A stretch of 64,000 bases of DNA from contig JBKBRF010000002.1 of NCBI GenBank assembly GCA_046292385.1, forward strand, positions 96,001 through 160,000, in the 5' to 3' direction. The position numbers and the translations under genes were made by a program. Under the pieces are notes generated by a model, which did no database searches, was not told the origin of the DNA, and saw nothing but the letters and a program-made list of their open reading frames with translations. This DNA is from Armatimonadota bacterium (GTDB lineage Bacteria; Armatimonadota; SYMT01). Shown here in pieces: positions 57,691 to 64,000 of the stretch (the stretch's first letter is position 1; each line of letters opens with the position of its first letter).

Positions 57691-57702
57691 CCCGAATCTT
57701 AA

Positions 57703-58008
57703 TTCACCACAGAGCGCACTGAGGGCACTGAGAGGAACCAGGGGGAGGGCTGCTCCGCTTCGCGTATGCCGTACTGCGGCCCCGCTCTGAACCCGATTTC
57801 ACCGCAGAGGCCGCTGAGGGCGCAGAGGGGAACCAGAGAGGGTTGGGCCTGGTCCGCCTCACCGGTCTCAGACTGCGGCCCCGGAGATTCTCCTTCTGGT
57901 TCTCCTCTCTGCGTCCTCTGCGCTCTCCGCGGTGAATTCCCGTTCCGGTTCCTCTCCGTGTCCTCTGTGCGCTCTGTGGTGAAACAGGTCCGGAGAGCCT
58001 GCGGTGAA
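57703..58008. repeat. Nested TTCACC(A/G)CAGAG palindromic element
   Basis: Perfect 17-bp outer arms at 57703-57719 / 57967-57983; inner arms at 57798-57809 / 57925-57936. Confidence 0.85.
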
Positions 58009-58692
58009 TTACGGTTCGGAATCGGTCCGCATCGCCCAGCGGATACCGCCGAGGAGGTGGCGGTGGAAGCGCTCGTCTGTCCAGGTTGGCATCCCGTGGC
58101 CGAGGGCGGTGTAGAAGACGCGGCCCTCCCCGTAGGGGTGGCACCAGGCCATGGCGACGTCGCCGTCCGGCCGCTTCTCCAGGCCTTTCTCGAGCTCCAC
58201 GCTGGCCGGATCGAGGCGCAGCAGCACGTGGGTCTTCTCCCGCGACCAGCTCCGGTGGGTGTAGACCTCGTCGTGGATGCGGAAGCTGGAGTCGAGGTGG
58301 CGGGTGGACGGATGGTCGGGGTCTTCCACCAGGATGCCGACCTCCTGGTGCCACGGATGTCCGTTGAAGTAGCCGCCGATCAGCTCTCCGTACGGCTCCC
58401 ACTCGTAAAGGGTGTCGGTGGCGTTGTGGATGCCGATAAAGGCCCCGCCCTCGCGCGCCCAGCGGAGCAGCTCCGCGCGGCCCGCCTCCGGGATCGGGAG
58501 CTCCCCGGTGGTGCAGAACGCAATGGCGCTCCAGCGGCGGAGGTCGGTCCAGTCGACCGTGCTCACGTCGTCGGTGCAGGTCGCCTCGAACGCGCCCGAC
58601 TCCGCCCCGAGCCGCGCCAGCACTTCCTGCGAGTAAGGCAGCACCTCATGCCGGTAGCCACACGATTGCGTCACATACAGTAGCTGTCTCAC
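58009..58692 (-). CDS. ThuA-domain (class I glutamine amidotransferase-like) protein
   Basis: GYRHE, GGAFIGIHNATDT, FNGHPW, GRVFYTALGH; GTG start approximate. Confidence 0.88.
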   Translation of the reverse strand: MRQLLYVTQSCGYRHEVLPYSQEVLARLGAESGAFEATCTDDVSTVDWTDLRRWSAIAFCTTGELPIPEAGRAELLRWAREGGAFIGIHNATDTLYEWEPYGELIGGYFNGHPWHQEVGILVEDPDHPSTRHLDSSFRIHDEVYTHRSWSREKTHVLLRLDPASVELEKGLEKRPDGDVAMAWCHPYGEGRVFYTALGHGMPTWTDERFHRHLLGGIRWAMRTDSEP

Positions 58693-58707
58693 AAAAACCC
58701 TCACTGA

Positions 58708-58890
58708 AAGGCTAAAGCCGAACCCTCCGTGCACGGGAGGTCCTGCTCCTACTCTTGCTCTTGCTCGCTGGCGATCCTCGTGCTCCGGCACGGCTTCGGC
58801 AGCCAGCCCTGTGCTGTTTCCGGTACCACGTAGAGCCCACCGGGTCCAGGGCTCGGAACCTGACAACCCGCAACCTGCCAACCTGCAACC
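58708..58890. repeat. Dispersed ~85-bp unit plus AACCTGC heptamers
   Basis: Reverse complement of 58708-58792 matches 31054-31126; aacctg units at 58857-58890. Confidence 0.7.
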
Positions 58891-59019
58891 GGAGCCGTCC
58901 GCCAGGCTCTTCGCCGTGGGACCGAGCCGGCCCTTCTGCCGGCGAGCCGTCCCGGAGAAAAGCCCGGGAACCGGCGCGGCGGGAGTGGGTCTCTCTTCCG
59001 GAACCGGGAGAGAGAAGCC

Positions 59020-59832
59020 ATGAAACGAAACTCTGTGATCCGCCTGTTTGCCGCCCTGTCCGCGTCCGCGCTCCTCGCGGCGTTCGCGCCGCCCGCCGCC
59101 GCGGTCGACCTGAAAGACTTCGGGATCGACCTGGGAGACCTGGGAACGATCCTCGGCGGCGGGAAGAAGGGGGGCGACGCCCTCGGCCTGGTGGAGAGCA
59201 TCCTGGAGAGCGAGATGCCGCGCCGGGTGGGCCCCGCCCGCAGCTACGAGGTCACGCTCGGCCGGACCGGCAACGACCTCCTGAAGGGGCGTCTCGGCCG
59301 CGCCGACATCGTAGGGCTGGACGTCCGCACCAGCGACGGCCTGGTGATCCCGAAGATGGCGCTCAACCTGCAGGAGGTGCAGGTGGGCCTCGGCTCCCGG
59401 TCGCTGGAGAGCGTGGGCAAGGGGCTCTTCTCCGCCGCGCTGGATGAGAACGTGGTGAGCCGCTTCATCAGCAAGCGCGCCGGAGCCAGCGTGAAGGACG
59501 TCCGCGTCGCCTTCCGAGACGGCGAGCTCCAGGTGAGCGGAACGCCGGAGATCATGGGCTTCGGGGTGAAGTCGGAAGTCGCCGGGCGGCCCGTGCTGAG
59601 CGGTCGCGACGCCGTCAACTTCGAGGCGAGCAAGGTCTCCGTGCTGGGGCTGCGGCTGCCCGGCTTTGCGGTGGACGAGCTGGAGAAGCGGATCAACCCG
59701 GTCGTCGATCTCTCCGGCCTCAAGCTGCCGGTCCGCATTACCGAGCTGGACGTGCGCGGCGACCGCCTCCACGCGGATGGCACGCTCGACTTCGGCAAGC
59801 TGACGAAGAGCAAGCCCAAGCGACGACGGTAG
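59020..59832 (+). CDS. Exported DUF2993/LmeA-like protein
   Basis: Signal peptide; DLLKGRLGRADIVG and INPVVDLSGLKLPV patterns. Confidence 0.65.
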   Translation: MKRNSVIRLFAALSASALLAAFAPPAAAVDLKDFGIDLGDLGTILGGGKKGGDALGLVESILESEMPRRVGPARSYEVTLGRTGNDLLKGRLGRADIVGLDVRTSDGLVIPKMALNLQEVQVGLGSRSLESVGKGLFSAALDENVVSRFISKRAGASVKDVRVAFRDGELQVSGTPEIMGFGVKSEVAGRPVLSGRDAVNFEASKVSVLGLRLPGFAVDELEKRINPVVDLSGLKLPVRITELDVRGDRLHADGTLDFGKLTKSKPKRRR

Positions 59833-59967
59833 CACGCCGGTCACGAGAGCAGCGGTGGGGAGCGGGACGCGAGTCCGGCTCCCCTTCGTGCGTTAGAGGC
59901 GCTGGGAACGCGGCTCCCCTTCCGTACAATGGAGTTGGGGAGCGGCCGAGCCCGGACAGGAGGGACG

Positions 59968-61596
59968 ATGCGCGTAGCGGAGTACCTGTTCCAGCGTCTG
60001 CGGGAGTGCGGGGTGGAGGTGACCTTCGGCATTCCGGGCGACTTCGCGCTGCCGCTCTACGCGGCGCAGGAAGCGTGCGGCATGCGGACCGTGGTGATGA
60101 CCCACGAGCCCTCGGCGGGCTACGCCGCGGACGTCTACGGCCGGCTGCGGGGACTCGGCGTGGCGATGGCGACCTACGGAGCAGGGGCACTGAACATGGT
60201 GAACCCGGTCGCCATGGCGTACGCGGAGGAGTCGCCGGTACTGGTGCTCTCCGGCGCCCCGGAGGCGCGGTCCCGCCTGGGCGAGGTGCTGTTCCACCAC
60301 CGGGTCAAGAGCGTGGAGACGCAGCACCGGGTCTACCAGGAGATCACCGAGGCTTCCGCGGTGCTGAACGACCCCCGCCGCGCCGCCTACGAGATCGACC
60401 GCGTCCTCGACGTGATCCTCACGCGCTCCCGGTCCGGGTACCTGGAGATCCCGCGCGACATGGTCAACGCCCCGCTCGATCCGGCGGGGCCGCGCTACGA
60501 GCGCCAGGAGCCGGAGCGGTCCGGCCTGGAGGAGGCGCTGGACGAGATCGCCGCCCGTCTGAACGGGAGCGACCGCGCCGTCATCTACGCCGGGCAGGAG
60601 GTGGAGCGCGCCGGGCTGATGAGCAAGTTCCTGCAGCTCGTGGAGAAGCTCAACCTGCCGGTCGCCACCTCGCTGATGGGCAAGTCGGTGGTGCCGGAGC
60701 GGCATCCGAACTTTATCGGCAACTACCTGGGACAGATCAGCGATTCCGGCGTGCGGCGGCTGGTGGAGGAGGCCGACTGCATCCTGGCGCTCGGCATGCT
60801 CTTCACCGACATGGACACGGGCGGCTTCAGCGCCAACCTCGACCCGCGGCGGGTGATCCAGGCGACGCTCTCCTCCGTCCGCATCAGCCACCACGTCTAT
60901 CCGGAGCTGACCCTGCGGGACGTGATCGGTGGCCTACTCGCGCGAGAAGGCCTCCGCCGCCCCGACTCGGTGCCGCGGGTGGAGCCGGACCCGCGCCCGG
61001 CGCCCGGCGGCGCGGAGATCACGATGAGCGGCATCTTCGCGGAGCTGAACCGCTTCCTCCAGCCGCATCACGTGGTGCTGGCCGACGTGGGCGACCCTCT
61101 CTTCGGCGCGCTGGAGCTGCGGGCGGACCGCTTCATCGGGGCGGGCTACTACGCCAGCATGGGGCTTGCCGTCCCCGGGGCGATCGGCGCGCAGCTCGCG
61201 GACCCCTCCCGCCGGCCGGTCGTCCTGGTGGGAGACGGCGCCTTCAAGATGAACGGCGTGGAGCTCGCCACGGCGGTCGATCACGGCCTGAACCCGATCG
61301 TGCTGGTGATCAACAACGGCACCTTCGCCACGCTGCGTATCCTGGACCGGGACCGCGACTACATGCGCGTCCGGCCGTGGGACTACGTCGGGCTGGCACA
61401 GTCGCTCGGCGTCTCCGGAGAGCGGGTGGAGACCCAGGCGGAGCTGGCGCCGGCGCTGCGGCGGGCGGCGGCGGCGCCCGGGGCCTACCTGATCGAGGCG
61501 GTCACTCCGGAAGAGGACGCCTCGCACGCGCTCCAGCGAATGGGAGAGCAGTTCGGCCCGCGCATCCGCCGCCTGATCGACGAGGGAAAGCAGTAG
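59968..61596 (+). CDS. ThDP-dependent alpha-keto acid (indolepyruvate/phenylpyruvate-type) decarboxylase
   Basis: FGIPGDF, THE, LFHH, GDGAF...NN. Confidence 0.88.
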   Translation: MRVAEYLFQRLRECGVEVTFGIPGDFALPLYAAQEACGMRTVVMTHEPSAGYAADVYGRLRGLGVAMATYGAGALNMVNPVAMAYAEESPVLVLSGAPEARSRLGEVLFHHRVKSVETQHRVYQEITEASAVLNDPRRAAYEIDRVLDVILTRSRSGYLEIPRDMVNAPLDPAGPRYERQEPERSGLEEALDEIAARLNGSDRAVIYAGQEVERAGLMSKFLQLVEKLNLPVATSLMGKSVVPERHPNFIGNYLGQISDSGVRRLVEEADCILALGMLFTDMDTGGFSANLDPRRVIQATLSSVRISHHVYPELTLRDVIGGLLAREGLRRPDSVPRVEPDPRPAPGGAEITMSGIFAELNRFLQPHHVVLADVGDPLFGALELRADRFIGAGYYASMGLAVPGAIGAQLADPSRRPVVLVGDGAFKMNGVELATAVDHGLNPIVLVINNGTFATLRILDRDRDYMRVRPWDYVGLAQSLGVSGERVETQAELAPALRRAAAAPGAYLIEAVTPEEDASHALQRMGEQFGPRIRRLIDEGKQ

Positions 61597-61656
61597 CGGC
61601 GCGCTCAGACCGCCGGGCCGCAAACCGAAGCATGGGACCGGCGCTTCGAGCCGGCA

Positions 61657-61797
61657 TGTGGAGTGCGGAAGCTCGCTTCCGCTTTGTGGAGCATTTCCGC
61701 TCTGATTGCTTCTTGTAAGCGAAAGCAAGCTTCCGCAGCTAGCGGCGGTTCGGACACGAAGTCAGCGGCGAAAGCGGTAGCAAGCTACCGCACTCCA
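61657..61797. repeat. GGAGTGCG-headed REP-like cluster
   Basis: tggagtgcggaagctcgcttccgcttt ... aaagcggtagcaagctaccgcactcca; related to 44363-44469. Confidence 0.7.
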
Positions 61798-61969
61798 ACG
61801 ACTCTACCGGTAAACTGCGCCCGCTTCCGACTCTCTGACGCGCGTGCCGGTAGGATGAGCTGCCGCGGAACGAGAGATCCTCGGGTGCTTCGGCCCCAAC
61901 CAGAGCAGAAGTGGGAGACGCGCTCCTGTTCGCAGCTACTCAAGCTCTCTCACTCTCCCACTCTCCCAC

Positions 61970-62833
61970 TCAGTCGCCCGCCGGCCGAGGCAGGTCGTCC
62001 GCGTCCGGCTCGGGCGGAGTGCCGGGCCGGGGAAGCTGCTCCGCGTCAGCGCTGCGCTCGGAGGGGATCGGAAACCGGGCCAGCGCGTCGAGGTCGGGCC
62101 GCAGCGCCCGTTCGAACACCTCCCGCAGCGCAGCCAGGTCGCGCTCCGGCACCAGGAACGGCGTGGGGCGACGGTCGGCCCGGGCCAGCGAGCGGACCAC
62201 GTCCCCCAGCGACCGCTCCTGGGGGTTCACCACCACTTCCCCGCGCACCATCGCGCCCTCGCGGAACAGGTCGAGGGTAATTCCGTCCAGCACCGCGTGC
62301 GCCTCGGGGTCGCGCGGCTTCAGGATGGCGCGCACGCCGGTGCCGGCGCGGACCGCCCAGCCGGAGACGGCGAGGTGGGAGAGATCCTCGAGCTCCGAGA
62401 TGATCCGGAGGAAGCCGGGCGGGGGCAGGAGCTTGAAGGTGGCGCGCGCGCCGCGGTCGACCGCCCGCGGGATCTGGGCGGTCGCTCCGATGAACCAGGT
62501 GTGCTCGAACGGCCCGCCCCACGGCGCGGGGAGCCGGAACGGCAGGCGGTGGTGCTCCCCGGGGCCGATCTCCAGGCCCCGGGCCAGCTCCGCCGCTGCG
62601 TGTCCCTGGTAGTGGTGCTGGGGGACCGGCGTGCGCCCCACCATCGTCATCGTCACCCAGTGCTGCACTACCGTGGCGGTGAGGCACGCCACCGGCTGCG
62701 GCACCGAGCCGCCGCGCAGGTGGACGGCGCCGACCGCCTCCTCCGTCCACCCGACCGCCGGCGTCTCCAGCTCCACCTCCAGCGTACACGCCCCGATCCC
62801 GACCGAAGCACCGACTTCCTGCCAGAATGACAT
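61970..62833 (-). CDS. SpoOM-like (arrestin-fold) protein
   Basis: ASVGIGACTLEVEL, GAVHLRGGSVPQ, IPRAVD. Confidence 0.7.
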   Translation of the reverse strand: MSFWQEVGASVGIGACTLEVELETPAVGWTEEAVGAVHLRGGSVPQPVACLTATVVQHWVTMTMVGRTPVPQHHYQGHAAAELARGLEIGPGEHHRLPFRLPAPWGGPFEHTWFIGATAQIPRAVDRGARATFKLLPPPGFLRIISELEDLSHLAVSGWAVRAGTGVRAILKPRDPEAHAVLDGITLDLFREGAMVRGEVVVNPQERSLGDVVRSLARADRRPTPFLVPERDLAALREVFERALRPDLDALARFPIPSERSADAEQLPRPGTPPEPDADDLPRPAGD

Positions 62834-62869
62834 GGCTCTCCTCCCGGGACCGGGGCTCGGCAGACCTGG

Positions 62870-64000
62870 CTACCGGCTGATGGTCCCGCCGCTGTACCGG
62901 GCGGAACGCACCCACTCGTATCCCCCGCCCGACTCCTGCAGCGCCCAGAAGTCGTAGTTCCCGATCGCCCGGTCGCCCGCTTCGTTCAGCACGGTCCAGC
63001 CGGTGGCGCCGAAGAAGCGGCTCGCGGTATCGGAGAGCACCTTCCGCCGGACGGCAATCTTCCCGCTGCGCGCGGTCCGGTCCGCCAGGAAGGCGACCCA
63101 GAGCGCGTCGGAAGCGGCGAGGCCGAAGGCGTCCGGAGCGATCCCGGCGCGCGCCTCGATCTCCGTGGAGAGCGGCTCCCAGATCGGCCGCGCGTCCTCC
63201 GGGAGCCCCATCGTGGGCGCGGAGAAGCCGACCGCCACGGCGAACGCCGCCGCATCGGCATCGGTGAGAATCGCGGCGCTCCGCGCGACCCCGTCGGTGC
63301 CGTACCACTTCACGCCGGCCAGCGTCGGGTCGAGCCGCGCGGCGCGGAACAGGGCGACGAGCTCATCGAAGGAGGCGAGGAATACCGCCACGTCGTTCCC
63401 GAAGGTCGCCTGGGCGTCCAGCACCTGCTGGCGGGCGTCGGCCACTACCTGGCTGAAGTCGCTCGTCTCCGTGGAGTACTCCAGTCCCGCCGAGACCGTC
63501 CCGCCGGCGGCAGTGAAGTGCTGCCGGAGCGAGGTGGCGAGGCCCTGGTTCCCGGCGTCCGCCCGCCACAGCGGTACGGCGGCGCGGATTCCGTCGGCGC
63601 GCATCAGGGCGGCGATCGCCTCGCCTTCCGGGCCGTCGCTGGGGCAGAAGCGGAACACGTTGTCCCCCGCCACGGCGAGAGAGCCCGCGGTGCTGCCCTG
63701 GCTCAGGAGCAGAATGCCCCGCCGCTCCGCGTACGGCTTCAGCGCGGCCAGCTCGGCGCTCGACTGCGGGCCGATCACCGTCCGCACGCCCCGCGCGGCG
63801 AGCCGCTTCAGCTTCTTCAGGGCGAGGGTCGAGTCGAGCTTCGTATCCTCGACCAGCAGCTTCACGCGGTCCCGCGAGCCGGCGGCGCGCAGCTCGTCGT
63901 TGATGCGGGAGACCCCGATCTCCAGCGCCGCCTGGCTGGTGACGCCGAGGGACTGCCACTCGCCGGTCAGCGAGAGGAGCGCGCCGACGAGCAGCGTCTT
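62870..64000 (-). CDS. Branched-chain amino acid-type ABC substrate-binding protein (5' truncated by window edge)
   Basis: Frame stays open to 64000 (KTLLVGALLSLTGEW...); VIGPQSS, NVFRFCPSD, GATG...GDR. Confidence 0.85.
   Translation of the reverse strand, partial: KTLLVGALLSLTGEWQSLGVTSQAALEIGVSRINDELRAAGSRDRVKLLVEDTKLDSTLALKKLKRLAARGVRTVIGPQSSAELAALKPYAERRGILLLSQGSTAGSLAVAGDNVFRFCPSDGPEGEAIAALMRADGIRAAVPLWRADAGNQGLATSLRQHFTAAGGTVSAGLEYSTETSDFSQVVADARQQVLDAQATFGNDVAVFLASFDELVALFRAARLDPTLAGVKWYGTDGVARSAAILTDADAAAFAVAVGFSAPTMGLPEDARPIWEPLSTEIEARAGIAPDAFGLAASDALWVAFLADRTARSGKIAVRRKVLSDTASRFFGATGWTVLNEAGDRAIGNYDFWALQESGGGYEWVRSARYSGGTISR

Noticed and set aside
58693..59844. Long N-terminal extension of the ThuA ORF given by the track
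   Set aside because: It runs antisense through the DUF2993 gene and through repeats; the ThuA domain begins near 58692.

Overview
A very GC-rich bacterial chromosomal segment with about 53 real CDS. No rRNA, tRNA, CRISPR array, integrase or transposase was recognised. An Armatimonadota-like lineage is inferred from the several prepilin/H-X9-DG (DUF1559-like) genes and a DUF3084-yqgF pair in a diderm gene set. Left to right it holds: a BlaI/M56-headed heavy-metal RND operon (czcCBA-like); xylonate dehydratase and HpcH aldolase; yqgF and DUF3084; a second RND operon ending in a PII-like gene; dtd; a TPR protein; an exported AhpD-family protein with an in-frame TGA in a CxxU motif (probable selenoprotein with candidate SECIS) next to a DUF1559 prepilin gene; an ATPase-less XPB helicase-associated gene pair; an exported ADP-ribosylglycohydrolase-family protein; an orphan adenine methyltransferase; DUF1080; a vapBC-like pair; a BNR/VPS10 protein; ribF-truB; M28 peptidase, GT39 and mutM; SDR; a ferritin-like protein; a cold-shock protein; fucI; a NarX/NarL-type two-component pair; a zinc-ribbon protein; a compact gspF-gspE-pseudopilin operon with four H-X9-DG-type pilins flanked by related palindromic repeats; ThuA; DUF2993; a ThDP decarboxylase; SpoOM; and a partial ABC binding protein. 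Intergenic spaces are mosaics of at least seven short palindromic or tandem repeat families. Top leads are the selenoprotein, the metal-efflux adaptor with a duplicated signal-peptide/His-motif architecture, and the minimal pilin operon. All family assignments are by motif recognition only; no database searches were run.
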